53,553 nt of DNA, taken from an uncultured bacterium. Its GTDB lineage: Bacteria > Hinthialibacterota > Hinthialibacteria > Hinthialibacterales > Hinthialibacteraceae. The stretch covers positions 1-53,553 of the forward strand of contig CAZSIZ010000003.1 of NCBI GenBank assembly GCA_964606645.1, written 5' to 3'. The notes below the pieces were generated by a model. It ran no database searches, was not told where the DNA came from, and saw nothing but the letters and a program-made list of their open reading frames with translations. Shown in pieces: positions 40,263-51,313 of this stretch; positions within the stretch are counted from its first letter, which is position 1, and each line of letters begins with the position of its first letter. A program made the translations under genes and the position numbers.

Positions 40263-42638
40263 ATGTTGAACTCTCACCTAAAAAAAATCCACTGCTTGAG
40301 CGTTGTATTGATTGCTTCGATTTTCGCGGGATTGATTCTATGTCATCATAGTATGGCACGTTCCGACCGATCCTCCGAATCCAAACCCACCTGGACCTCA
40401 ACCTTTCCCAGGCTTTATTACACACAGGAAAGAATCAAGGTTTTCAAAGAAAAGTTATCTCAGGATAAAGAGACCCAAAAAGCGTGGAAGCGCCTGTTAG
40501 ACCGCGCGGATCGAAACGTCGAAGACAAACTAGTCACGCTTGAATACGCCGAATCCGGAGGCGGTCAGCATGGAAATTACAGACGTCCCAGCAACCAGAT
40601 CAGTCAAATGGGGGCAACGCTTGGCTTGGCCTACCAAATCACAGGCGATGAGAAGTATGCGAAAAAACTGCGGCAAGCCATGCTGCATTTCTCCCAGTTG
40701 AAACGCTGGGCCGGTGATGCTCATCACGATCCTCCCTGGCACTCCGAATTGAACACCGCCCGGTTCTGTTTCGGTTACGCCGTCGGTTACGACAGCATCC
40801 ATGATTATTTAACGGAATCGGACCGTAAGCGTATCACCAACGCAATCGTCCGACTTGGAATCCTGCCGACACTGGATGATTGGCTCCTTCCTGAACGAAG
40901 AATACACGCGCTGGATTCGATGGGGCACAACTGGTGGAGTGTCTGCGTCGCGATGGCTGGAGTCGCCTCGCTATCAGTCCTTGGAGACCATCCGGATGCC
41001 GATGAATGGGTCGATCAAATCCATGATTCCTTCCCTGAATGGTTCATGTATCAAGGAAACAAACTGCAGAACAAAAGTCCGAATTTCGATCGGCAGGGAG
41101 CGTTTTATGAAAGCGTTTCTTATGCCAATTACGCACTATTCGAATATTTGAATTTCCATCTCGCCTATTCCAACGTTTTCCCCAACGCATCGAATCCGCA
41201 AATTCCGCTCTTGGAAAAAGTGGGCGACTTTTTTATTCACACGGCCTACCCGACTTCCGATTCGATTCTTTCCGTCAATTTCGGAGACAGCAGTTTAAGG
41301 AGCACCGGCGCCAGGACACTGCAATTATTGAAGGCCAATGGATTCGACACGCCTGCGTACTCCTGGTATCTCACACGAACTGATTGGGGATTGAGCGATC
41401 CAATCGGTTTGGTCTATCAAGACGTTCAGACCCAAAACAAACCGCCAGAGGACCTGGCGTCGTCGATGATTTATCCCGATATCGGATGGTGCATGATGAG
41501 GTCGTCCTGGGAGGATGACGCCACGATGCTCGCCATCAAATCGGGTTTTGCATGGAATCACGCCCATCCCGACGCGGGATCGTTCATCCTTTTTCATTGT
41601 GGAAAACCGTTGATTATCGATTCGGGAAACTGCTCGTACAGCCGCCGGGAATATTCAACTTACTACCGCCACAGCAAAGCGCATAACGTCATCCTGTTCG
41701 ATGGCGAAGGGCAGAATCCAGAAGATGTGGCGCGGGGAGACCGTGGTGTGACGCATCCCGGTCAAGTTCTTCATCTCATGGATTCCTCCGGGATCAAATA
41801 CGCGCTTGCCGATGTCACCGGCCCGGCGTCCTGGAAATGTTCGCGAAACTATCGGCATTTCCTTTGGATCGATGATGTCATTCTGATCGTCGATGATATC
41901 AGAACACACGAACCCGCTCAGTTAGAATGGCTGCTCCATTACGAAGGTGACGCATTGGAGGATGGCGAGAGTATTCATCTATCCAACGGCGATCGTTCGC
42001 GCACCACCGTTCAATTCCTCTATCCAGAAAATAAAACGTTTGTAAGAAAGAAAGGATTGAAAGATCACGACCCCGATACCGAAGTGGCGTATTTAGCCAT
42101 GACGCCTGAGGAAAAAAAACAGGAAGCCAAGTTTATAACCGCCATTCTTCCGCTCAATCCTTCCAGCCAAAACTTGAAACCGGAATTAAGTTTGATGCAA
42201 GGCGATGAAATGCTTGGCGTGAAGATCGTCGACGATGAACAAACAACGGAAGTCTTTTTGAATCTCCGAGCGGATGGCAGGCGAATGCATCGAAATAGTA
42301 ATAAGGTCATTCAAGGATGGGATACGGACGCCTATCTCTTTGGATTCACCCGCCCGGCGAACGCGGCTGAAGGTTTCGACTCCATCCAGCGTGGTTTTGT
42401 GATTGGCGGGAGTTATCTTCGACGCGACCGGCAAGTCGTGCTGGATTCTCTCTCCAAAGTGTATTCAATTTTCTCATGGAACGATAGTAAGTTGGATGTG
42501 GTTTTAGAAGGTCAGCCGATCGTCAATTGTTCGGTCTATTCCCCGAATCGTTCGCTGCAAACGGTATTAAATGACAAACCCGTCAATCCTCGATGGAACG
42601 AAATTGGAAACGAATTCCAAATCACTGATCAAAAATAA
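40263..42638 (+). CDS. Heparinase II/III family polysaccharide lyase-like protein
   Basis: Signal peptide; HNWW, G.FYES.SY, NHAHPDAGSF, DSG..SY, S.AHNVI; AGGAGG RBS. Confidence 0.88.
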   Translation: MLNSHLKKIHCLSVVLIASIFAGLILCHHSMARSDRSSESKPTWTSTFPRLYYTQERIKVFKEKLSQDKETQKAWKRLLDRADRNVEDKLVTLEYAESGGGQHGNYRRPSNQISQMGATLGLAYQITGDEKYAKKLRQAMLHFSQLKRWAGDAHHDPPWHSELNTARFCFGYAVGYDSIHDYLTESDRKRITNAIVRLGILPTLDDWLLPERRIHALDSMGHNWWSVCVAMAGVASLSVLGDHPDADEWVDQIHDSFPEWFMYQGNKLQNKSPNFDRQGAFYESVSYANYALFEYLNFHLAYSNVFPNASNPQIPLLEKVGDFFIHTAYPTSDSILSVNFGDSSLRSTGARTLQLLKANGFDTPAYSWYLTRTDWGLSDPIGLVYQDVQTQNKPPEDLASSMIYPDIGWCMMRSSWEDDATMLAIKSGFAWNHAHPDAGSFILFHCGKPLIIDSGNCSYSRREYSTYYRHSKAHNVILFDGEGQNPEDVARGDRGVTHPGQVLHLMDSSGIKYALADVTGPASWKCSRNYRHFLWIDDVILIVDDIRTHEPAQLEWLLHYEGDALEDGESIHLSNGDRSRTTVQFLYPENKTFVRKKGLKDHDPDTEVAYLAMTPEEKKQEAKFITAILPLNPSSQNLKPELSLMQGDEMLGVKIVDDEQTTEVFLNLRADGRRMHRNSNKVIQGWDTDAYLFGFTRPANAAEGFDSIQRGFVIGGSYLRRDRQVVLDSLSKVYSIFSWNDSKLDVVLEGQPIVNCSVYSPNRSLQTVLNDKPVNPRWNEIGNEFQITDQK

Positions 42639-42843
42639 AAACGACTGCCGAGCTTATTTCATTTTACAATATATTACAATTCACAGCCGCACTCGGAAAG
42701 AAAGTGAAAGCAGGATTAATCTCACTCAATTTTTTGTATGTAATTTTGAGTTTTATCCGACCGAGATGTTGTTGTAAATTCCTCGAGTTTTGAGTTTTTG
42801 CTATTTCGTTTCGCTCATCAATAGCCAACTGCTGCCTTCAGGT

Positions 42844-45294
42844 TCAATCATCCACCCAGCCGAGCCGCCGCATTTCAACTTTCAACTTGTCCATTTCCTC
42901 CACGAGTTCCACCCAGGTTTCGTCGAGATGTTGGGATTCGCGATTGCGGCCCATCATCTCCAAGCGCAAGGCGATTTCACGCGCTCTCTCCGCCTGATAG
43001 AAAGCGACCACACCTTTCAAACTGTGCGCCGCCATTCGTAAAGCATCGAAATCCCGCCCATCGACCGCCGTATGGATGTTCCCCATAATCTCCTGGGAGT
43101 TGATCCAGAACATTTCCGTCAACTCCTTCAGTTGATCGAGTTCCCCGTCGACTTGATCCAGAATGAAATCCGGATTGGAAATCGGCGATGTGGAGGGGGC
43201 AGATTCATCGGTTTCGGTTGGCGGAACGGCCGCAACCGGTGAAGCCCCTCGAGTAAATTGCTGAATTTTCCTTAAAACGATTTTCGCATCGATCGGCTTT
43301 GAGACGTAATCATCCATCCCGACTTCCAGGCATCTCTCCATATCGCCTTTCAGCGCATTGGCCGTGACAGCCAGAATGGGGATATGGCCGCCGGTCTGTT
43401 TTTCTTTTTCCCGAATGCGAATCGTGGCTTCCATGCCGTCCATTTCCGGCATGTGTACGTCCATCAGGATGATGTCGAATCGTTCCGTTTCGAGGCATTC
43501 AAGCGCTTTCGCTCCCGTTTCGGCAATAGTGACGTGATGGCCGTTTTTTTCGAGGAGTTTGCTTGCCAATTTCTGATTGAAGGGATTGTCTTCCGCAACA
43601 AGGATTCGCCTACCCGGTTCTGTCGTGGATTTAGATGAGATGGCGTCTTCCATCCCAGTTTCCCGAACCGTTAAACCCAGCACCGTCTGAATGGCGTTGA
43701 GAAGATCGGGTTGGAAGATAGGTTTTGACACGGTCGTAATATTCAGCTGGCGGCATTTATTCAGATCCAATTTTTCCCCGAGTGGAACCAGCGCGACGAT
43801 TTTAATTTCCGAATGGATAGGATGTTGTCGAAGCGATTCTGTGAAACTCCACACATCCATTCCCGGTAATTTCGAATCCAGGAGAAGCAACTGACAGAGA
43901 TTCCCCGACTGATGGACCGCATCCAACGCTTGAATGATCTCTTCTTCGCGTGCCGCTTGGCTGGGTTTCATTTGCCAGTGGCTTAGATAACTGGAGAGGA
44001 TTTTCCGAAGCGATTCATTATCGTCGGCGATCAGAACGGGGATTCCACCGAGCGTTTCGGAAACGGCCGGCTTCTCTGGAGTGGCGGTTTCCTGGGGGCA
44101 GCCGAAGACAGCGTTGAAATGAAAGGTGCTGCCCATGCCGCCGCTATGATCCGGAATGGTGTGAGAATTGTAACTTTCAACCCAGATTCTGCCCCCCATC
44201 ATTTCGGTCAGTTTCGTCGAAATGGCAAGACCGAGTCCGGTTCCCCCGAAATTTCGGGTGGTCGAGAGATCGGCTTGTTCGAATTCCAGGAAGATCAGAT
44301 CCTGCTTGTCCTTTGGAATGCCGATGCCTGTGTCCCGGACTTGGAAATGAATTATAATGCCATCGCCCGTCTCCGCTTCCCGTTCTACGTAAAGATTAAT
44401 TTCGCCATGTTTGGTGAATTTGATCGCGTTGCCGGTCAGGTTGATAATAATTTGACGGAGGCGTGTGGAATCGCCGATCAGTGTGTCGGGGAGGTCAGGC
44501 GCGATGAACGACAGCAGTTCAAGGTTTTTATCATGGGCGCGGATTGCGAGGGAGTGGAGCGTATCGCGAAGTGTTTCGCGCAGGTCGAATTCAGCGTGTT
44601 CGAGGTCGAGTTTGCCCGCTTCGATTTTAGAAAAGTCGATAATGTCGTTGATGAGGGTCAAAAGGAGGTCCGAAGAGGATTTGACGATCGTCAGGTACTC
44701 CCTCAGTTCGTCGTTGAGGGGCATATCCAGAGCCAAATCGGTCATGCCGATGATGGCGTTCATCGGTGTGCGAATTTCGTGGCTCATGTTGGCGAGAAAC
44801 TGGCTTTTCGCCTGAGTGGTCCGGTCGGCGATTTGTTTGGCTTCCTTCAATTCCTCCTCAATCCTTTTTCGTTCCTGGATTTCACTTTCCAGTTTCTTTC
44901 TCTGTTGATAAAGTTCGAGGAAGACATTGACTTTACTTCTTAAAATGTCGGGTTCGACGGGTTTGAAAAGGTAATCGACTGCGCCGGACTCGTATCCTTT
45001 AAAAATGAATTTATCATCTTTGCTGATGGCGGTGACGAAAATGATGGGGATGTGCTGGGTTTTTGTGCTGTCGCGCATGATTTGGGCGACTTCGAAGCCG
45101 TCCATCTCAGGCATTTGGACGTCAAGCAAAACCAATGCGAAGTCGGTGGAGATCATCTGCTCCAACGCTTCCTTGCCGGACGTGGCTTTCACCAGATTGA
45201 GTTCAGGTGCCTCCAACAGGCTTTCCAGCACCATGAGGTTTTCCGGGCGATCGTCCACCAAAAGGATATTTGAAACACCAGTTTGTTCGATCAT
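42844..45294 (-). CDS. Soluble hybrid histidine kinase REC-HisKA-HATPase-REC-REC-Hpt
   Basis: [38 protein letters not shown], Hpt AAHSLKG. Confidence 0.94.
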   Translation of the reverse strand: MIEQTGVSNILLVDDRPENLMVLESLLEAPELNLVKATSGKEALEQMISTDFALVLLDVQMPEMDGFEVAQIMRDSTKTQHIPIIFVTAISKDDKFIFKGYESGAVDYLFKPVEPDILRSKVNVFLELYQQRKKLESEIQERKRIEEELKEAKQIADRTTQAKSQFLANMSHEIRTPMNAIIGMTDLALDMPLNDELREYLTIVKSSSDLLLTLINDIIDFSKIEAGKLDLEHAEFDLRETLRDTLHSLAIRAHDKNLELLSFIAPDLPDTLIGDSTRLRQIIINLTGNAIKFTKHGEINLYVEREAETGDGIIIHFQVRDTGIGIPKDKQDLIFLEFEQADLSTTRNFGGTGLGLAISTKLTEMMGGRIWVESYNSHTIPDHSGGMGSTFHFNAVFGCPQETATPEKPAVSETLGGIPVLIADDNESLRKILSSYLSHWQMKPSQAAREEEIIQALDAVHQSGNLCQLLLLDSKLPGMDVWSFTESLRQHPIHSEIKIVALVPLGEKLDLNKCRQLNITTVSKPIFQPDLLNAIQTVLGLTVRETGMEDAISSKSTTEPGRRILVAEDNPFNQKLASKLLEKNGHHVTIAETGAKALECLETERFDIILMDVHMPEMDGMEATIRIREKEKQTGGHIPILAVTANALKGDMERCLEVGMDDYVSKPIDAKIVLRKIQQFTRGASPVAAVPPTETDESAPSTSPISNPDFILDQVDGELDQLKELTEMFWINSQEIMGNIHTAVDGRDFDALRMAAHSLKGVVAFYQAERAREIALRLEMMGRNRESQHLDETWVELVEEMDKLKVEMRRLGWVDD

Positions 45295-45546
45295 GCAAAT
45301 AGTATATGTGGATTAATTCAGGAAAAGAAGAAGAACTATCAGTTTTATTTTCGCATGACACCGATAGGCTCGCCGGAATATCCCGATCGATCTTAAATAT
45401 TTCCTTAATGTGAATTACACTTGAATTGCTTTTTTGTTTTGTCGGAATCCACTTCCGAGCTATGTTCTTTTCCCGATTCGATCGGTCGGGAGACGAACGG
45501 TTTTACAAAGCGATGAGTACCATTCTCGATCGATTGAGATAATCCG

Positions 45547-46521
45547 ATGAAGAATATTCGTGCCGCTTCCGTACAATTCGAGTCCGCGCCAGGGGATCGA
45601 GCGTCCAACCTGGAGACTGTCGAGCAGTTCGTGAAAGAGGCTTCGGCGCAGCAGACACAACTAATCGTGTTTCCGGAATGCTGCATCACCGGCTATTGGA
45701 ACCTGCGTCACCTGGACCGTGATTCATTGACGGCCCTCGCCGAACCCGTTCCCGCCGGCCCCTCGTCTCAAGCGCTGCTGGCCCTGTCGACGAATTACGG
45801 GATGACCGTGGGGGCCGGGCTGATCGAAATAGCGGACGATGGGACACTGTACAACACGTATGTCGTGGCCATGCCGGACGGAACCTGCCAACGACACCGG
45901 AAAATTCACGCCTTCGTCAATCCACACATCGCCTGCGGGGATGAGTTCACCGTGTTCGACACACCCCACGGCTGCCGGGTGGGTGTATTGATCTGCTACG
46001 ATAACAACCTCATCGAAAACGCCCGGATCACGGCGCTTATGGGTGCGGAAATCCTCCTGGCCCCGCATCAGACCGGCGGGTGCAAATCCCGAAGTCCGCA
46101 TGCAATGGGATTAGTCGATCGAAAACTCTGGGACAACCGGCACAACGATCCCCAGGCGATCGAAGCGGAATTTCGTGGACCGAAAGGGCGGGAATGGCTG
46201 ATGCGGTGGCTTCCCGCACGCGCGCACGATAACGGGATGTTTCTGATTTTCAGCAACGGCGTCGGCGTCGACGGCGATGAGATCCGTACTGGCAATGCGA
46301 TGATCCTGGACTCTTACGGGCGCATTCTGACTGAAACCTGCAGCGCGAGCAACGCGATGGTCGCAGCGGATTTGGACCCATCCCTGCTTGATCGGTGCAC
46401 GGGGAGGCGCTGGATTCAGGCACGGCGTCCCGATTTGTACGATCCACTGACGGTTCGGACGGGGAAGGAACTTGAGACTCGGCTGGTTCGATTGGGCCAG
46501 GACGATTCATCGATGCAATAA
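45547..46521 (+). CDS. Carbon-nitrogen hydrolase (nitrilase family)
   Basis: Triad FPE, HRKIH, LICYD. Confidence 0.93.
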   Translation: MKNIRAASVQFESAPGDRASNLETVEQFVKEASAQQTQLIVFPECCITGYWNLRHLDRDSLTALAEPVPAGPSSQALLALSTNYGMTVGAGLIEIADDGTLYNTYVVAMPDGTCQRHRKIHAFVNPHIACGDEFTVFDTPHGCRVGVLICYDNNLIENARITALMGAEILLAPHQTGGCKSRSPHAMGLVDRKLWDNRHNDPQAIEAEFRGPKGREWLMRWLPARAHDNGMFLIFSNGVGVDGDEIRTGNAMILDSYGRILTETCSASNAMVAADLDPSLLDRCTGRRWIQARRPDLYDPLTVRTGKELETRLVRLGQDDSSMQ

Positions 46522-46534
46522 TTATCCACCTTTT

Positions 46535-46672
46535 GTAGTACAGGCTTCCAGCCTGCTTTGTTACAAGGTACAGGATTTCACGATGCAGGCTAGTATTCTG
46601 TCCATCATATTTTGACGGGTAACAAAACCGTATAGGGGCAGGCCCCTGTGCCTGCCCTAGGCAATCCTACCC
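46535..46672. repeat. Cluster of REP-like palindromes
   Basis: GTAG-ta-CAGGCTtccAGCCTG (46535-46555); GGGCAGGC-ccctgt-GCCTGCCC (46636-46657). Confidence 0.65.
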
Positions 46673-46720
46673 GACCTTATTTGTTAGACAAACTACTGGA
46701 AGAGGTTTCCATTATTACCC

Positions 46721-48004
46721 GTGTCAAATTCATTCTATCCGAAGCAGAGCGGCGACACAAAACACGAAGCATCTCAACAACCTGTTGGGGATGCGGGCCG
46801 TTCCGTCCATCGGGATAAAACAAATCCGGAACGTCTTTACACGAGGACGTTCTATATCGGCTTCGTTTACAATTTTCTCACCAGTTTCGTCTTCTCCAAT
46901 AACGCCATGTACCCGCTGTATATCGAACATGGGGGCGGCGGGGCGGGAACGATCGGATTGTTCATGGGATTCTTTTCCGTGTCGGGCGTGCTGGGGCGTC
47001 CGGTGATCGGATCGTTGGTGGACCGTTTCGGAGTCAAACCCGTTTTGATGGCGGGGGCGCTCATTCAGGCTCTGCCCTGTTTCGGTTTTCTCTTTTTGCT
47101 GGACGGCGGCCTCTCTCCGATGATCTGGGTACTTCGTTTTCTGCAAGGTGTGGGCTGGGGGATGCACATGACGGCGTTCTTTACGTTGGCCGCTCAAGCC
47201 GCGCCTTCATCCCGCCGGAACGAAGCCCTCTCCATGTACGGAATGTCCGGACTGGCGTCCAACCTGATCGGGCCGATTTCAGGTGAAATTCTTATTGAAC
47301 GATTGGGATTTGGATCGTTTTTCTGGATGCTGGCCGGATTGGGATTGGCCTCATTCCTTTTGATCACTTTAATGGAAGCTCCGAAACGCTCCAATCATTC
47401 CGAACGCTTCGAACTCTGGGGGATGCTCACGCTGCTTCGGTCGGTGAATTTCCGTTTCGCCTGCCTCTTGGCATTATTATTGTCCGCTTCTTTTTCCACC
47501 ATATCCGCTTTCATCGCCCCGATCGCACGGGAGCGCGGGATTGTATCGTTCGGCCTGTTCTTCACGGCGTTTTCACTCAGCGGAGTTCTTATCCGGGTAA
47601 TCGGGAGCCGCTGGGGGGACCGGCATGGTTCCGTTCGGGTATTAGTTCCCGGATTTCTCTTCTATGCGGCGGGTTTGCTAACACTTCACTTCAGCCACAG
47701 CTTAACCGGGGTACTGTGGGCGGGGCTATTGAGCGGGATCGGACATGGGATCGCGTTTCCGGCGGTGGCGGTTTTAGGCTACAGTCTGGCTCCTTCGGCG
47801 ATGCGGGGAAGCGGTGTAGCGCTGATTACCGGCATGATGGACGGCGGGTATGGGCTGACCGCCGTGACGCTTGGAACGATCGGGCGGTTCTACGGCATCG
47901 ATTCGCTCTTCGCAATCGGCGCATGTGCCCCGCTATCCGCCACCATTCTGATTCTGCTGTTAGGACGCCTCCTCCCCCCCGGCTCGAATTCCCCCCGTTC
48001 GTAA
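46721..48004 (+). CDS. MFS transporter
   Basis: 12 TMs; motif A GSLVDRFGVK and GSRWGDRHG. Confidence 0.92.
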   Translation: MSNSFYPKQSGDTKHEASQQPVGDAGRSVHRDKTNPERLYTRTFYIGFVYNFLTSFVFSNNAMYPLYIEHGGGGAGTIGLFMGFFSVSGVLGRPVIGSLVDRFGVKPVLMAGALIQALPCFGFLFLLDGGLSPMIWVLRFLQGVGWGMHMTAFFTLAAQAAPSSRRNEALSMYGMSGLASNLIGPISGEILIERLGFGSFFWMLAGLGLASFLLITLMEAPKRSNHSERFELWGMLTLLRSVNFRFACLLALLLSASFSTISAFIAPIARERGIVSFGLFFTAFSLSGVLIRVIGSRWGDRHGSVRVLVPGFLFYAAGLLTLHFSHSLTGVLWAGLLSGIGHGIAFPAVAVLGYSLAPSAMRGSGVALITGMMDGGYGLTAVTLGTIGRFYGIDSLFAIGACAPLSATILILLLGRLLPPGSNSPRS

Positions 48005-48077
48005 CCGACAACCCGATCATTTCTTTTTAACGCTCCCGGCTTTACAAACACCTGCCTACTATGAAATAGTGTATCCC

Positions 48078-48126
48078 GTAGGGTAGGCTCAAAGTAGGGT
48101 GGGCTCAAAGCGCAGCGAGCCTCACC
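48078..48126. repeat. GTAG-type REP with partial tandem duplication
   Basis: GTAGGGTAGGCTCAAA GTAGGGTGGGCTCAAA GCGCAGCGAGCCTCACC. Confidence 0.7.
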
Positions 48127-48196
48127 ATTCCTTCTACTTAAATAGAATTATTGGTTATCCGCTTTTAGAATTAATCAGAAATGGAGAAAAAAAACG

Positions 48197-49183
48197 ATGT
48201 CTGTAAAATCACTAAAAATCATTCTATCCGCATTGATTGCAATCCCGACGTTTTCCGCATGGGCGAGTGAGGAATCGGACGTTATCCGTCTGGGAATGAT
48301 CGGGCTGGACACTTCGCACGTCATCGCATTCACCAGCATGTTGAACGATCCCAACCATAAGGATCACGTACCGGGCGTGAAAGTCGTCGCCGCGTTCAAG
48401 GGAGGCAGTCCCGATATCCCTTCCAGCGCAAACCGGGTGGACAAGTACACACAGGACCTCCAGGACAAATGGGGTGTAAAGATTTACGATTCCATTCCCG
48501 AACTCTGCCGCCATGTCGACGGCATACTGATCGAGAGCGTGGACGGACGCCCTCACCTCGAGCAGGCCAAACCGGTCATCGCCGCCGGCCTGCCGTTTTT
48601 TGTCGATAAGCCGATGGCGGGCAGTTTCAAGGACGCGGTAGAGATCGCTCGTTTGGCGAAACGCGCGGGCGTACCGTGGTTCGGGGGATCGAGCCTGCGC
48701 TTTTGGAAAGGCGTGCGCGAAGCCACCGATCCCGACAAGGTAGGGGACATCCTGGGCTGCGACGCCTTCTCACCGTGCAGCATCGAGCCGCATCACCCCG
48801 ATCTCTTCTGGTACGGTGTGCATGGGGTCGAAATTCTCTATGCGGCGATGGGGAAGGGATGTCAAACCGTCTCCCGCGTCTCGACACCGGACACCGATTT
48901 CGTCGTAGGCGTCTGGGAAGGCGGGCGCATCGGTACGTTCCGGGGAACGCGCAAGGGCAAGCATTCCTACGGAGCGAAGATTTTCGGGACAAAAGCCATT
49001 ACGACAGTTGACGGACATAGCTATCACGGCCTGATGCAGGAGATCGTCAAGTTCTTCAAAACGAAACAGCCGCCTCTCGAAGCGGAAGCAATGGTCGAAG
49101 TGATGGCGTTCATGGAAGCGGCCGACGAAAGCAAGCGCCAAGGGGGAAAAACCGTTCCCATGCCAGCGTTTTCACTGGATTGA
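48197..49183 (+). CDS. Secreted Gfo/Idh/MocA family oxidoreductase
   Basis: Signal peptide AWA-S; IGLDTSH, FVDKPMA, SSLRF, WYGVHGVE. Confidence 0.9.
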   Translation: MSVKSLKIILSALIAIPTFSAWASEESDVIRLGMIGLDTSHVIAFTSMLNDPNHKDHVPGVKVVAAFKGGSPDIPSSANRVDKYTQDLQDKWGVKIYDSIPELCRHVDGILIESVDGRPHLEQAKPVIAAGLPFFVDKPMAGSFKDAVEIARLAKRAGVPWFGGSSLRFWKGVREATDPDKVGDILGCDAFSPCSIEPHHPDLFWYGVHGVEILYAAMGKGCQTVSRVSTPDTDFVVGVWEGGRIGTFRGTRKGKHSYGAKIFGTKAITTVDGHSYHGLMQEIVKFFKTKQPPLEAEAMVEVMAFMEAADESKRQGGKTVPMPAFSLD

Positions 49184-49222
49184 CCAAAGCGATTGCCCGG
49201 AATCAATCACAAGAATTTTTAT

Positions 49223-49251
49223 TTGACATTATATTGCCTTTCGATTACACT
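49223..49251 (+). promoter_or_regulatory. Sigma70-type promoter upstream of rloAB
   Basis: TTGACA-17 bp-TACACT about 60 bp upstream of the ATG. Confidence 0.65.
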
Positions 49252-49311
49252 TTCTAAGCGTTTTCATCGGATTTTCAGCAGAAAACGACTTAATTATGTG
49301 AGAACAGGCCA

Positions 49312-50565
49312 ATGTTGATTGAATTTTCGGTAAAAAATTTCCGCTCCATCCGCGAAAAGCAGACCTTGAGCCTGGTAGCGAACAACAAAGATAAGCAGCT
49401 ACCCGGCAACCTGATCGAGATCAACGCCCCTGGATTGTCCAACACCAAACTGCTTAAAAGCTCCGCTATCTATGGCGCAAACGCCTCCGGCAAAAGCAAC
49501 CTCTTCAAAGCCGCCGAGTTTATACAGCAATTTGTTCTCACGTCAGCCACGAAACCGAATCCAGAGGAAAAAACCGGCGTCACTCCTTTCAGACTTGATA
49601 GTCATAGTTCCGATGAACCAAGTGAATTTGAGATGATCTTTATTTACAAAGGTGTTCGGTATCAATATGGGTTTGCGTTGGATAATAAGAGAGTGCATGA
49701 AGAATGGTTGATCACTTATCCCGTTGGGCAGCCTCAGCGCTGGTTCTCCCGTGTTTGGAATTCGGACAAGAAACAATACGATTGGAAAATCGGGAAGAAA
49801 CTTCTTGGCGAAACGAAGAGTTTAAAAACACAAACGAAAAAGAACTCCCTGTTTCTATCCACGGCAGCTCAATTCAATCACAAGCAGTTATGTGTAGTTT
49901 ATGATTGGTTTGCTAATTATATTTTTTCGCTCAGCCATATTGATTCTAACTATCAATTTGATATGACCTCGCCTTTACTATTAAACAGAGAAAAGGAGTT
50001 TAAAGAAATATTCGATTTAATCAAGAACGCTGATTTAGGGATTTCAGGGATTAATGTTGTACGCATGAAATCGGAAGATGTCGAAGATATTGTTGATGCA
50101 ATTATTCAAATGGCAAAAAGTGTAAAACTTGAATTTATACATCTTTTAGAAAATACAGAAGAAGAAATTGCTTTCGATAAGGACGACGAATCATTGGGGA
50201 CACTCAAATATTACTTTTTATTAGGGCCTTTTCTATTAGCATTAAAAATGGGCTATACGGTTTTCATTGATGAAATTGGAGCACAGATGCATCCGCTTCT
50301 GGTGCGGCAGCTTGTCCAGATGATAAACGATCCGAAAATCAACACGAAAGGGGCGCAGTTAATCCTGACAACCCACGATACAACGCTGTTGGATACGTCA
50401 CTTTTCCGGCGGGACCAAATCTGGTTCACCGAAAAGAACAAAGCGGGAGCAACAACGCTCTACCCCCTGACAGATTTCAAACCCCGCTCGGACGAAGCGC
50501 TTCAGAAAGGCTATCTGGCGGGCCGCTACGGCGCGATCCCGTTCCTTGGGGAGTTCCCATTCTGA
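49312..50565 (+). CDS. rloA: RloA-like ABC/AAA_21 ATPase
   Basis: F.V.NF.SI, Walker A GANASGKS, ES.GT, IDE...HP, TTH, RRDQIWF, Y..GRYGAIP. Confidence 0.88.
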   Translation: MLIEFSVKNFRSIREKQTLSLVANNKDKQLPGNLIEINAPGLSNTKLLKSSAIYGANASGKSNLFKAAEFIQQFVLTSATKPNPEEKTGVTPFRLDSHSSDEPSEFEMIFIYKGVRYQYGFALDNKRVHEEWLITYPVGQPQRWFSRVWNSDKKQYDWKIGKKLLGETKSLKTQTKKNSLFLSTAAQFNHKQLCVVYDWFANYIFSLSHIDSNYQFDMTSPLLLNREKEFKEIFDLIKNADLGISGINVVRMKSEDVEDIVDAIIQMAKSVKLEFIHLLENTEEEIAFDKDDESLGTLKYYFLLGPFLLALKMGYTVFIDEIGAQMHPLLVRQLVQMINDPKINTKGAQLILTTHDTTLLDTSLFRRDQIWFTEKNKAGATTLYPLTDFKPRSDEALQKGYLAGRYGAIPFLGEFPF

Positions 50566-51218
50566 TGCCTCACCGATCCTCCCGATCCATTCGACGCGAA
50601 CGATCCCTTCGGCGTAAAACACTGAAGCAGCAACGATCCGGCGATATCATTCTGATCGTCTGTGAAGGAGAAAAAACCGAGCCGGAGTACTTAAAAGGCT
50701 TGGTTCGCCATTGGAAATTGAATCCCGTCAACGTTGAGATTACCGGGAAGGAATGCGGCAGCGCACCGATCAGCGTGGTCGATTATGCCTTAAAACGAAG
50801 AAAGGAAATCGAGAAGCGGGAAAAAATCAAGTACGACGAGGTCTGGTGCGTCATTAACCATGAGGGAATTAACAAGCATGAAAGTTTGGACCGGGTGATC
50901 AAAAAAGCCAAGGATAATCACTTGAAAGTCGCGCTCTCCGTTCCCTGTTTCGAGTTCTGGTATCTGCTGCACTTTGAATGTACCACCAGGATGTATTCGG
51001 ATTGTAAGGAATTGACCTCACGACTAAGAAATCACATTCCCGAATACTATAAAAAAGGGCCATTCGATCGATTGGTAATCAAACTGGATGAGGCATTCGT
51101 GAATGCGGAAAGGATGCGACACTATCACAAGACATCCGGCACCAATAATCCATCCTCCGATGCCGACCTGTTGATCCAAAAACTGAAGTCGATGGTGTTA
51201 CCCCATCACTTAACGTAA
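50565..51218 (+). CDS. rloB: RloB family protein
   Basis: IVCEG.KTE..Y, S.PCFEFW.LLHF, NPSS; TGATG coupling to rloA. Confidence 0.88.
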   Translation: MPHRSSRSIRRERSLRRKTLKQQRSGDIILIVCEGEKTEPEYLKGLVRHWKLNPVNVEITGKECGSAPISVVDYALKRRKEIEKREKIKYDEVWCVINHEGINKHESLDRVIKKAKDNHLKVALSVPCFEFWYLLHFECTTRMYSDCKELTSRLRNHIPEYYKKGPFDRLVIKLDEAFVNAERMRHYHKTSGTNNPSSDADLLIQKLKSMVLPHHLT

Positions 51219-51313
51219 GTTTAACCTCAATGGCGTTCCCCGCGCTTGAGAACCCGTCGATTTTTTGTATGATAAGAAACCACATTATTCCATACTGAAT
51301 CAGGGGAGAGACG

